Shown here piece after piece: positions 38,903 to 50,816 of a DNA stretch of 64,000 nt. The first letter of the stretch is position 1. Each line of letters opens with the position of its first letter. The notes below the pieces were generated by a model, which saw only the letters and a program-made list of their open reading frames with translations, was not told the DNA's origin and did no database searches. This DNA is from Octopus sinensis (lineage: Eukaryota): NCBI RefSeq assembly GCF_006345805.1, contig NC_043009.1:67890001-67954000 (forward strand). Direction: 5' to 3'. The translations under genes and the position numbers were made by a program.

Positions 38903-39284
38903 GTTTCCATATGTACAAATAGATCACGTGATTCACACATATACACACACACACGCATGGACTTCCCGCACACAGGCAAACACACACACACACACACACA
39001 CGTGTGGGTGCTGTGGCCAACAGGTGGATTATTCTCTGGTCGTACTATAACCGGTAGTTTCACCATAAAATACATTCTCAACAAAGGTGGATTAAAATCT
39101 TCCACCGTTAAACCAATGTTGCGATAAAAATCTCTATTTATTATGTACCCCAAAGAGAATTCTGGTTTTGGAAGATTTATTAGATTCTTAGATTCTACAT
39201 TGAGAAATGTGTTCTTGTTTAAAATCATTTTATTCCATTTGTACATAGATATATATTCATACACAGATATACGTGCATACATGC

Positions 39285-39342
<58 letters not shown>

Positions 39343-39407
39343 GTATGTATGTATGTATGTATGTAATGTGTGTGTATATTATATATATCTTATGTATATA
39401 TATATAT

Positions 39408-39441
<34 letters not shown>

Positions 39442-40472
39442 ATATATATATGTAGATAATAATATATAGTAGATAGTAGATAGATAAATAGATTAGATAG
39501 ATAGATGAATATATGCATATATATTCGTGCATGTATATAAGTATATATACATATATATGCAAATAGAGAACAAACATGGAGGAATGAATTTATCCAAGTC
39601 TCTGGGTTTCTCTGAAAAGAACTGTTATTAAAACAGGAGAGAAAAAAAAGAAAGAGAAATCTAGTGAAAAAACAAAGATAATACAAATAGATATAGACCA
39701 AGACAAAACTAAAACGTTTTCATTTATTGAACCAAGTCTTGTTCGTTATAAGCCTGAGGGGGTTCTTATTAAAATGGCAAGAAACATCAAAAAGAGGGAG
39801 AGAGGAAAAAAAAACGGAGAATTGTACCAAATGTAAAATGGAATTTCGTAATTTTCTATATTTTCTTTCTTTTATTTACCCACCCTAAAAGGCAAACGTA
39901 ATATCGTATGAAGCTTATATCATTGCATTTATTTCTACCAAAATGTCAATCATTGAAAATTCATTGCAGAACGAAATAGGAATTTTATTTTGTATTCGGT
40001 TTTATTTAAGAAGCATATTAATTACGTGTGACTTGCTCTGTCTTCTTCGAGGTCATCTGTGTAGGATATTTTTCTTGGAGGTTTTAAGACAACAAACATA
40101 TATATTCTTATGAATCTTTCCTATCCTATATGCAATGATTAAAAAAAAGAAATATGAAGAAAAAAAAACAACGGTTGGAAGTGTTGAAACTGTCCAATTT
40201 CCCACCTTCTCTCTGTAGCTCTGTTCTTGTTACATTATTCAATGTACCTGCGTATATATATACACACATATATACACACACATACATACATACATACATA
40301 CATACATACATACATACATACATACATACATACATACATACACATAGGTCTATATCTGTATGGATGTACGTATGTAGATATGTTGTCTCCCTGGTTTTTA
40401 TGTGCTAGGCCACTCGGTGTTAAACTGATGGTATTATTAAATTAATATCTAATTTTTCACCCTCATTTATGA

Positions 40473-40521
<49 letters not shown>

Positions 40522-40773
40522 TCTATCATCTATCTATCTATCTATCTATCATCTATCTATCTATCTATATCTATCTATTTATCTATCTCCTAGAATAAGT
40601 TTGAGTCAACAGGAAGGAGTACAGATGAACCTTTATTTGTGATCACTACGATTGCTTCCACGCAACGAAGCTCTCCAGCTTCGCAGGTATTTTGACTATG
40701 TAACTGTTTCCCTGTATTATGAGATCTTGTGTTTCATCAGGTGATATATATTATCTACATCTTTCTCTCTCTC

Positions 40774-40840
<67 letters not shown>

Positions 40841-40854
40841 AAAAGTAAAAAATA

Positions 40855-41210
40855 TATACAAACTGGGACAAGGACGTGAAACACCTAGAAGACGACACAA
40901 GAACCACAGGACGGGACATTCGAAACTCTCAGTCATCAGTCAAGAACCGGATCATCTTCGCAATTTCGGCTGATTAATCTTGAGATTGCTCCGACCTGGG
41001 CAGCCACCAAGGGAAATCTAAGCCAAGCGCATTAGATCCCTTGGAAGAAAGCCTCGAATGTATACAACACAAGGACGGAAAACGGACGATGTTACACGAA
41101 TAAAAATACAAAAATACGTGAAAACAATAAAGAAAGCACGAATAAGAATACAAAAACGTAAAAACAATAATGGTAAGGATAAAAATAAAACCAGGACGTA
41201 GGACAAGATA
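40855..41210 (-). mobile_element. Interspersed repeat between (TA)n tracts, probably a PLE-derived terminal fragment
   Basis: Complex sequence bounded by (TA)n with a CTGATGA..GAA motif on the minus strand; no coding motif seen. Confidence 0.4.
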
Positions 41211-41232
41211 TATATATAGATAGATAGACTAA

Positions 41233-41587
41233 GGGCATTACTACACGTAAATTCCCCACGCTACTAGGGACTCTTAAAGTCAAAACTACCATAATAAATA
41301 CACAGTGTACCGAACGCGAGGGAATATAACCTTTGAAGCCAAACCCTTAAAAGCAGATTCAAACGCCGGCTGGTATTTTGATTTGTTCATTTTTATGTGT
41401 CTCGATTATGTCTGCACTGAAGATTAGAAAGTGGGTTTTGTACACCAACTATGAAATCATAAGATTTGCGGCTGAATCTGTTTTTAAGGGGTTGACTTCA
41501 AAGGCTGAATTCCCTCGTGTTCGGTACACTGTATATTTATTATGGTAGTTTTGACTTTAAGAGTCCCAAGAGCGTGTAGTAATGCCC
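41233..41587. mobile_element. 355-bp MITE with ~120-134-bp TIRs; (C/T)TAA-flanked, GGG..CCC termini (Kolobok-like)
   Basis: TIRs 41233-41366 and 41468-41587 (GGGCATTACTACACG..GGGACTCTTAAAGTCAAAACTACCATAATAAATA.ACAGTGTACCGAAC); flanks CTAA and TTAA. Confidence 0.85.
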
Positions 41588-41697
41588 TTAATATAAATGA
41601 ATATATTTAAAGGGAATAATTATAAATTTTTCCCTTATGAGGTTTTCATTCTGACCCTTGATAAATTCTTATAAAGATTTCATCTTATTTTAAATCT

Positions 41698-41750
<53 letters not shown>

Positions 41751-41889
41751 TTATATATATATGATAAATTAATAAAAATTCACCAAATAAGAGAGATATC
41801 TGTATGCATGTATGTATGTATTTGTGTATGAATGTATGTATGTATGTATGTAGTATGTATGTATGTATGTATGTATATATGTATATATC

Positions 41890-41932
<43 letters not shown>

Positions 41933-41972
41933 ATCTATATCTATATATATGTATATCTATTATATATATAAG

Positions 41973-42003
<31 letters not shown>

Positions 42004-42291
42004 TATATATGAGAAATTAAATAAACCCACCAAATAGTGAAGTGAGATAACACGTGCTTGTGTGTGTGTGTGTTGCGCCAAGTTAATACAATGGCATGTA
42101 TGTGTTTTGGTAGGTGTCAGGTAAATCGACCCTGACGTTTGACCGTATTTCATCGACGTTGAAATATTGGAGCCAAAGCATATGGAATGTTTCATGAGCC
42201 CAAAATGCATTTCTATTCGAAGCTCCGATGATTCTCTGATTCCATGTCTCTCACATATATTACAGTATTGCACAGAGCAGTGTTGCAAATA

Positions 42292-43573
42292 TCAAGTCAT
42301 CCCATCAGTTCTGTCCGAATTTTGAATAAAGAAAACAAGTGATCAAATGTTATATCTAATTGAAACTTATCGATCAATGTACTTTCCCTGGTTATCTATG
42401 ACTTCCTTCCATCTATTTACAAGCTTTTAAATCCCATCAATGTAAAACTCTTTTGGTTTCAAAGCGAAGAACTCTGAAATGTCAGTTTCGACCTCCTCCT
42501 GGCTTACAAATGTTATGTCCCCCAAATGATTCTGTAAACTACGAAACAAATGGTAGTCTGAAGGAGCAAGGTCGGGAGAATCAGGTGGATGACGAATTTT
42601 TTCCCAACCAAGCTCTTCTATCGTCTGTGATGTGATTGTTGCAGTGTGGGGTCATGCATTACCCTGATGAAACATCACTCCTTTTCGAGTCACTAAAGCG
42701 GGGCTCTTTTTCTTTAAAGCTTGGTTCAAACGCTCTAATTACTGACAGTAGACTTGAGCATTGATTGTTGCATTAGGTGGTAACAATTCAAAGTGAATTA
42801 CTCCTTTGCAATCACACCAGATGAGAGAAGAACCTTTTTTCCCATGAAGTTTCCTTCTCGGTTATGGTTGAGCTTTTTCCCTTTTACCAAGCCACTGTTT
42901 ACGACATTTAACATTTCGATAGAAGATCCATTTTTCGTCGCCAGTCACAAGTCTGTCCAAAAAGGGTGAAATGAGTTCGCGAGAATGGAGAGAAGAGCAG
43001 ATGTCAACTCGGGACTTGCGGTTGCTTTCGGACAATACATGAGTCACTCATTTTCCAAGTTTAGGAACCTTTCCAAGTTGTTGAAGATGACGATGAACAG
43101 TTGTATGGTTTGAAGTAAGCTTTATTGCCAATTCTTCAACTGACAACGCAGGATATTCTTCAAGTAACACCCCAAGGAACTTATCATCAAATTCAACTGG
43201 ACACCCTGTTCGATCTTCATCTTCAAGGCTGAAATCTCCACTTCTGAATTTTGCAACCATCTTCTGCAAGTTCTTTCATTCAAGCATTCTTTCCCATAAA
43301 CTGAGTGCATGTCTCGAGTCGCTTCGGCTGCAGAGTTTCCTTTTTTGCACTCATAAAGCATTATGTGCCTGAAATGCTCTTTGGATACTTCCATGTTAGA
43401 AAGGGTTTTAATCAAAGAAATTTTAATCCTATTATTCTGCTAAAAATAATATTTAGTTTAAATGTACACAAATGCATAAAAATAATTTTTAATTCCATTA
43501 GACATTCTAAAACACTATTAACTTACATTCAATTTTAAAAAAGGGGAAATAGGACAGAACTTATGGGATAACC

Positions 43574-43576
<3 letters not shown>
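42292..43576 (-). mobile_element. Full-length (1285 bp) inactive mariner transposon
   Basis: TIRs TCAAGTCATCCCATCAGTTCTGTCC / reverse complement of GGACAGAACTTATGGGATAACCTGA (22/25 identical); length typical of mariner; transposase motifs throughout. Confidence 0.95.
42367..43394 (-). pseudogene. Mariner D,D34D transposase pseudogene
   Basis: MEVSKEHFRHIMLYE..GNSAAEATR; KFRSGDFSLEDEDRTG; GK*VTHVLSE (WVPHEL); LVTGDEKWIFY; FHQGNA*PH (second catalytic D->G, R->stop); DSPDLAPSDYHLFRSLQN; FYIDGI*KLVNRWKEVIDNQGKY. Several frameshifts. Confidence 0.95.
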
Positions 43577-43649
<73 letters not shown>

Positions 43650-44796
43650 TATATATATATATATATATATATAAAGCCATTTGAGAAAAACACAAAAACC
43701 GTTAGATTCACTTCAACATTTAAATTTAATTTGTCAAAATATTTTCGTCGCTTTGAACTAACGACAGCGCTTTAACAAGATTGTCCAACTTGCCGTGAAT
43801 AGCCACGAAATTTTTGTCAAATAACATCCTACCGTTTTACAAAAAGAATATATTTTAAGAAATCCTTGGCGTGGTTTGAACTTAAAAAGTTAATATAACT
43901 TCAATAACGCTAGAATTTAATTTAACTGGGCGCAATTATTTTATATTATTTTATCTATTGAAGGTGGCTCAAGAATCATTTTGTGACGTCCATGTTGTTT
44001 TCGAAAGACATTTATATCCGAGTGACGGGAATAAAATTCAAGTGGTTATTGAAATCGCAACTCGATTGCATCGCTTTGCCGAGGGAAAATACTTCTCAGT
44101 CTTTGGTGCTTTGTCACATTTGCAAATAGAAATATTGTGATTTTAAACTGCTTCCCTTTGGAGACATTTCATTACCCGCCTAACATAATATTAACATTAA
44201 ACATTCTAATTGATTCAATAAACAATATTAGCTAATTCAACGTCATCATCATCATCATCATCATCATCATTGTTATTATTATTATTTCAGTTTGAATCTG
44301 TAAATACTAATTAGAAAAACGAATAAAGTATGCTAAAAACACATAATTATGAATCATTTCATATAATGAGCTTCTGTCCAATTTAATCACTTCGAAAGAA
44401 AGCGAAAAAAAAGGGGGGAAAAACAGCATAACTAATGATGCTAGTTATAGGGAATTTGAGTGAAAGAGAGCTTCAGCTTTTAATTTTATTAAACTGAGAA
44501 TTGTGGTTTTGTAAGCCTGGCTGACCAAGAGGTTAGCTCGAAACAGCAACGCGATTTCAATATCCGTCTGTAACCATTTCACCATACCATTTCACTGCTC
44601 TTCTCTCCATTTCACCTTACTAAGCAACATAGACCAAACATAATTAAATCCATCGATACCTTTAATCTGGTACATTTACCATTTTCTCGATCGGTTTTAT
44701 TTAAAACTCATATAGTAAAAAATACAAAGAATCAGTGCAGATAATTTTTGTTTTATTTTATTCTCTTATTGCATTTATTTCTTTCAAATAGCCTCT

Positions 44797-45420
44797 GCTG
44801 GTTTATTGGCGACATAATTGACTGAGAAGTCACTGCTGTTCTATTTATCGTTGACAGTGACACTTGGCTCGTATATAACGAGCATCAAGCTGTCACCGAG
44901 GAAGCGTAGTACGCTGAAATAACGCAATCGGACAGTTTCGGGGTCAATGCCAGGCGATTCTCGTCTGTTAACGGTATATGTTTGTGCTCTTGACACCGTG
45001 CATCTATATGAAAGGATCTCTCAAGGCGATTACCCTAGTATGTGGCGTTCTAATAATGCATCGATAAGTAGGAGATAAAAGTTGTCATTCAGTTTTGATG
45101 CTTTTCCGTCGCTCGTATTTTCTAATAAGAGTACTGGCTATTTGTGTCGTCAATGATTGGAAAGTCAATGTTATTCTATATATCCTTGACAATGAAATTT
45201 GGCTGCTATGCGGTGAGCGCACACCTATCACTGAGGAAGTGCAGTACACTGAAATCCCGTGATGTGCTAGTTCCAGTGCCTATGCCAGACGGTTATCGTC
45301 TGCTAACAATATATGTGTCATCGTGCGCGTCTATATGAGATGATTTCTTAAGGCAAATACCGCAGTATTCCATGTTCTAATAAGGCATCCGCGCTGAGTA
45401 GGATATAAAGATTGTCACAA
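44797..45420. repeat. Old tandem duplication, two diverged units, period ~335 bp
   Basis: GAGGAAGCGTAGTACGCTGAAAT (44898) vs GAGGAAGTGCAGTACACTGAAAT (45233); colinear similarity over about 290 bp. Confidence 0.8.
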
Positions 45421-45874
45421 ATAATATACTTTAAAGGCGACCTTCATGTCAGAACGTAACAGGACATAACTCAATACTACAAATTAGTTTTCTATTCAGC
45501 ACATCACCAAATTTTCCAATCTATCGTTTTTATACTTGAGATGAGAGAGTTATAAGTCAAAGGTCAAAGCTTCTAGAAACCACGTCACTTATGTAGCTTC
45601 AATTTAATGTTGAAGTGTTTTCACCTCATTTAATGAAAGGACATTTTAGATTCTCCTAACTATTTAACTCTGATCACTGAAGTTCCTGGGGGATTTCCTT
45701 CAACCTTTTATAAGTCTGTGCTAAGGAAATGGACTAATTCAACTGCTATACGCCTGTCCCAATGAAATTGTTTCGTTAAAGGACAGGATCGGTTCGACTC
45801 TATATGACTCTCAAAAGGAAAATGGAGAAATTCAAACCAAATGGAATTTAGCTTCCTTTTGTCCATTCGACTCA

Positions 45875-46445
45875 GCTGCCAGAATCACAACAGAATAATA
45901 GAAAAAAATGCTTTGCAATATTAGTTCCGACTCTATGTTCTGAGATCGAATCACCCTGAGGCCGACTTTGCTTTGTGTTCTTTCGGGATCAACAGAATAA
46001 AGTTACATCCAAATAGTGAGGTCCATGGTATCAACTAACCACTTCCCTTGAAAACCTGTGTCTCAATCAGAAATTACTGGTCCATTCTTTATTACAAATT
46101 CCGCGGACGTCGACTTTCTTTTTCATTGATAAAATAAGTACCAGTTGTGCAATGGGGTCGATGTAATCGACTAGCCCTTCATCCAAAATTTCAGACCTTG
46201 TGCCTATTACAAAAAGAAAGTGAATAGTGAAAATATCGCGGGCGGCGAGCTGGCAGCATCGTTAGCGCACCGGACAAAATGTTTCGCGGCATTTCGTCCG
46301 TCTAAAGACGTTTTGAGTTGAATTTCGCCGAGTTCAACTTTTCCTTTCAACTTTTCGGGGCTTAATGAAATAAGTTCCAATCAAGCAGGGAGTCGACGTA
46401 ATCGATTTACTCCCTGAAAATTTCAGGCCCTGTGCCTTGTACAAA
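45875..46445 (+). mobile_element. Three tandem SINE family A copies or fragments
   Basis: Decayed copy ~45875-46070, 3' fragment ~46095-46215, near-complete copy 46240-46445. Confidence 0.8.
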
Positions 46446-46537
46446 AAATTATTCTGTCCTTCATTTTAATCGTTGATTCCTTCTCTCTTTTTTTCTCCTT
46501 TACCTTCCCTCTTTCAACTGCTTTCGTTTTATTCATT

Positions 46538-46575
<38 letters not shown>

Positions 46576-46714
46576 TTTCAGCTTTTCATTCAGTCTTTGT
46601 TTCCTTTCCTTCATTTCTTTCTCGAAGCAGCAACGTTTCTTTCATTCTTGGCTTCCCGCCTTTTTTTCTTCTCTCCTTCCTCCATTCCTATATTTTTTTT
46701 ATCTTTCATCTTTC

Positions 46715-46905
46715 ATTTGTTTCAGTCATCGGACCGCGGCCATACTGCAGCATCGCCTCGAAGGGTTTCAGTCGAACAAATCGACCTCACTACTCCTTTA
46801 TTTAAATCTGGTACTCTATCCTATCCGTACTTTTGCCAAACCGCTACGTTATGGTGATGTAAACAAACCAACACCTATTGTCAAGCAGTGTGCGTGAGTG
46901 TGGGG
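46715..46905 (-). mobile_element. SINE family B, 3' half
   Basis: TGTTTCAGTCAT..GACCGCGGCCATACTG...CTTTTGCCAAACCGCTACGTTA. Confidence 0.8.
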
Positions 46906-47602
46906 GGCAAACACACGCACGCAGACACACGCACACATACCCACACACACATACACACATATACAAACAAGCACGCAAAGGCACGCACACACACACAGGC
47001 ACACACAAACACACATACACGCACACGCACATGCACACGCGCGCGCACGCACGTACACACACGCGCGCGCACGCACGCACATATACACACCTAAAAGCTT
47101 ACAGTAGTGTACACAGCATGTTATAAAAGCTCAGTCCGACAGTCGTGCTATCAGAGCATGAAACTTATAATGACACCAGGCAGACTCCCACTCAGTTTCC
47201 ATGGACCAAATTCCCTCACAAGTCTTCGCTTTGCTCGGAGCTATAGCTGAAGACCCTTGTTTAAAATTGCTATTTAATGATTCATTCTTTCTCACCATAT
47301 TTTCTCCCTTTTCTTGAGTCACAAACAATCATATTTACTCCCGCCACTCCCAAATTGACCAACCCTCTCCCTCCATTACCATCACCATCACCACCACCTA
47401 CTGAACATCCAATGTTACGATTACTTATTACTGAAACCGACAACTATAAACAACAAAAACCTCTTTTACCCTCATTCTGCTTTTTGCAAAATCTCATGTT
47501 CGGTTCAACAGCAGGCCTTGTGAGATTTCATACTTCAGATCGATCAAATCAACCACCTTGTCTTCTCTTTTTGTCACCTTATCATCATCATCATCATCGT
47601 CG

Positions 47603-47686
<84 letters not shown>

Positions 47687-47688
<2 letters not shown>

Positions 47689-47995
47689 TTATGTTTGACT
47701 TTTGCTTTACATTTGTACAAGTTGGCTCCAAGTTTCTTCCAGAGACCTCAAGAGACAACAAGTTAGAAGTTTATGTTGGTGTTATGCCTGCGTTGCCATA
47801 TATTTGGTTTTGAACATAGTGTTGTTCTAGAGAATGTTTAAGAAACCATAAGAAAATTATGTTTGTTTTAAAACTTGAGATTACATAGAAAGTATTTTGT
47901 GTAGGATATGAGCAGTTCCCATAAGTACTATCTTTGAATTTCAGCCATTTTGGAGTTTTCTGGTATCTGAGTTAGGTAGCAATCAGCCCCAAACG
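47687..47995 (-). mobile_element. 5'-truncated R4/Dong-like RLE non-LTR element, copy 1, with (TAA)n tail
   Basis: Minus strand: GADCYLTQIPENSKMAEIQ...GTAHIL.KILSM*, then 3' UTR and (TAA)n at about 47604-47686. Confidence 0.8.
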
Positions 47996-47996
47996 T

Positions 47997-48298
47997 GGGT
48001 GGATGTCGGGAAAATAGACAGTATGTATGAACCAATTCTGAGAATACACCTGTAAAAAGAATAAAAGGAGAAGGGCTCTTGCCCTGTTAGTCATAAAACC
48101 GTGGTTTTTTGTAGGTTTTTCCACGAGTAACCATTAAAATGACCCCTTCCCCCTATTAGGGGTTTTACTTGTTACCTCTTTTTTGTTATTTATTGTTTAC
48201 ACGGATTTGAAAACCCTTTGTCTCGTCTTGTCTTCTCTTTTATGTTGTGTCATGTCCTTTAATGTATCTTTATATTAGCCCTTGTGGCCAATAAAATA

Positions 48299-48300
<2 letters not shown>
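47997..48300 (+). mobile_element. Probable LINE 3' end (short C-terminus and UTR ending in AATAAA)
   Basis: WVDVGKIDSMYEPILRIHL*, then a UTR whose end resembles one SINE-A tail. Confidence 0.4.
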
Positions 48301-48340
<40 letters not shown>

Positions 48341-48381
48341 CATTATTATTATTATCATTATTATTGTTGTTGTTATTATTA

Positions 48382-48664
48382 TTTTATGTTTGACTTTTGC
48401 TTTATATTTGTACAAGTTGGCTTCAAGTCTCACCCAGAGACCTCAAGAGACAACAGGTTGGAAGTTCATGTTGTTGTTATGCCTAGTGTGCCATATATTT
48501 GGTTTTGAACATAGTGTTGTACTAGTGAATGTCTAAAAAAAAAAAACATACGAAAATTATGTTTATTTTAAACCCTGAGATTACATAGAAAGTATTTTGC
48601 GTAGGATATGATCAGCATTATCTTTTGAATTTCTGCCATTTTTGAGTTTCCTGGTATCTGAGTT
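48382..48664 (-). mobile_element. R4/Dong-like element, copy 2, between (TAA)n tracts
   Basis: Closely similar to 47687-47975; TQIPGNSKMAEIQK...ILRKILSM*. Confidence 0.8.
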
Positions 48665-48716
48665 ATTATTATTATAATTATTATTATTATTATTATTATT
48701 ATCATTATTATTGTTT

Positions 48717-48754
<38 letters not shown>

Positions 48755-49279
48755 ATTGTTGCTGTTATTATTGTTGATGTTTTTGTTATTGTTGTTATTG
48801 CTATTGTTTTTGTCGTTGTTATTGGAAACGTCTGCGACAATCGCGCGTGTCCTTTGCCAGCCCATGAATTAAAAAAAAATTGCATTGCTTTCCAAATTAG
48901 ATCTTATTTGTGTTGTGTTTGTATATGGAGACGACACGCAAAGCCACAAAGAGTCGTTTCCTGGTTTTTCTCACATTTGAGGGAGAAAAGCACTTTCTAA
49001 TATTTTGAATTGTTTTGCCATCATAAAAAATTACGGAGGAGACGATATAAAGACGCTTCTAGAAAGACGATAATAACATTAACATGGACATACAAATTGA
49101 ATAAACAAGAAGTAAAAATCTATCAGCAGACAAGTTTGTTCAAACGCACATTCACACTTTCAGAAATGCACAATTTCAGAAACAAACATCTTTATAAATG
49201 GAAACTTTTGTACTTCAACTCATCCAAGTTTCCATAGGTGAAAACATATAATAATTATAATAATCTATTCCTTTTTATT

Positions 49280-49755
49280 ATAGCCACAAGGTCGGAAACT
49301 CGGTGAGGGGAAGGGAGATAGCCGAACTAAACTCAGAACCAAAAGTCATACATAACAATTTTTCCGGCCTGTTAACGATTCTGCCAGCTCGCCGCCCTTA
49401 GTAACAACGATAATTCTTTCTACTATAGGCTTAAGGCCTGAAATCTGGGGGAGGGGTATAGTCGATTACCTCGACCACAGTACGCAACTGGTACTCAATT
49501 TATCCAAACAAGAACAGACAAACGGATTAAGTAGATTACATCGACCCCAGTGCGTAACTGGTACTTATTTAATCGACCCTGAAAGGATGAAAGGCAAAAT
49601 CGACCCCAGCGCGTAACTGGTACTTAATTTATCGACCCCGAAAGGATAAAAGGCAAAGTCGACCTCGGCGGGATTTGAACACAGGACGTAACGGCAGACG
49701 AAATACGGCTACGCATTTCGCCCGGCGTGCTAACGTTTCTGCCAGCTCGCCGCCT
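49280..49755 (-). mobile_element. Nested/stacked SINE family A copies with an internal ~59-bp tandem duplication
   Basis: Young head at 49620-49755; duplicated CGACCCCAG.GCGTAACTGGTACTT...GAAAGGAT.AAAGGCAAA (49542-49598 and 49601-49657); second 3' end at 49410-49505; older head at ~49340-49400. Confidence 0.9.
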
Positions 49756-50360
49756 AATAATAATGATGATAATGATGATGATGATTATAAATAATTGTGT
49801 GGCTAACCGAATAGAAACGTTAAATATTGGTAGGTTCCACGGAGAAGAGACAGAAGGAAGGGGCATATTACATGGTAACGGAACCCTTCTTCGCCGAGAA
49901 ACACCTCGAAGAACAGGCTACAAGAAAGTATCACATCTCTGTTTTGTCAAAAAAAACGCGGGCAGTTTTCATGTGATCTCAAAAGAGCGATTGGAAGTTA
50001 TCTGGATGATGTATGGTCGTTTCTATCAACTGACGCAGGGTCTGGATGCATATGTCTGTTTTATAAGGCTAACCATGACGCGAGGCTCTGGCCTCCTTCA
50101 ATGATGAACCACAATACACAGTGGTAGCCAGGAAGGTTGGTAGAGACGTTGCTTCTTGGTTTTCCCCATCTTCGCAGTATTGGTGGATGGCAGGTAACAT
50201 GAGAGATAACAATGTGGTGGAGTTTTCATAACTCACCTTTTCCATTATAAAGACAACAATGGAATCGTGATCCATGATGGAGTTTGAAAGAAAAGAAGAA
50301 AAAAAATCAACAGTTAAACTGATTGTGAAAGATACAAAGTCCACTTGAGTGCTTTCTACC

Positions 50361-50461
50361 CAGGGATGTTGGAAAAGGAAAGAAATATACCCGCCAAGTA
50401 AAACAGATGCAGGGATGTTGGAAAAGGAAAGAAATATACCCGCCAAGTAAAACAGATGCAG
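50361..50461. repeat. Exact 49-bp tandem duplication
   Basis: CAGGGATGTTGGAAAAGGAAAGAAATATACCCGCCAAGTAAAACAGATG x2, followed by CAG. Confidence 0.97.
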
Positions 50462-50816
50462 CAACGAAGCTCTCAAAACTCTGTTTTCTAGGGTCCTACC
50501 AATTGCTGGGCTGAGAGTTGAACGATAAAATAGCTGATCCTCAGTGGTAAGAGCCCCTCTAGTATTATCCTATAGTCTTTTGAAGATGAGGATCAAATGG
50601 AGGCTTGATAGCAGTGAGAAACTGTCCCGAAGGCTAAAAGAAAAAATGTATCGGAGAAAACAAGGGGCAGTGGCCCCCTTTCCACTCAGTGAATTAGGGT
50701 CTTTATCTTAAATCTTCAACAAAGATTCACAGCAACAAATAGATTATATTCAACAAAAATTAACAAACCTTCAAAAGCAATACGATACACGTCTAACACA
50801 GACAGCAGCAACAACA

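Noticed and set aside
38863-39282. 139-aa minus-strand ORF with VEDFNPP and ENNPPV (cadherin-linker-like)
   Set aside because: It starts and ends in microsatellite or SINE sequence, and lacks the DxNDN, LDRE and AxDxG cadherin motifs.
40905-40945. Minus-strand CTGATGA...GAATGTC
   Set aside because: A15.1 is absent and stems I and II are weak; not called as an HHR.
50069-50476. 135-aa minus-strand ORF
   Set aside because: It looks like an antisense reading of purine-rich DNA and owes part of its length to the 49-bp duplication.
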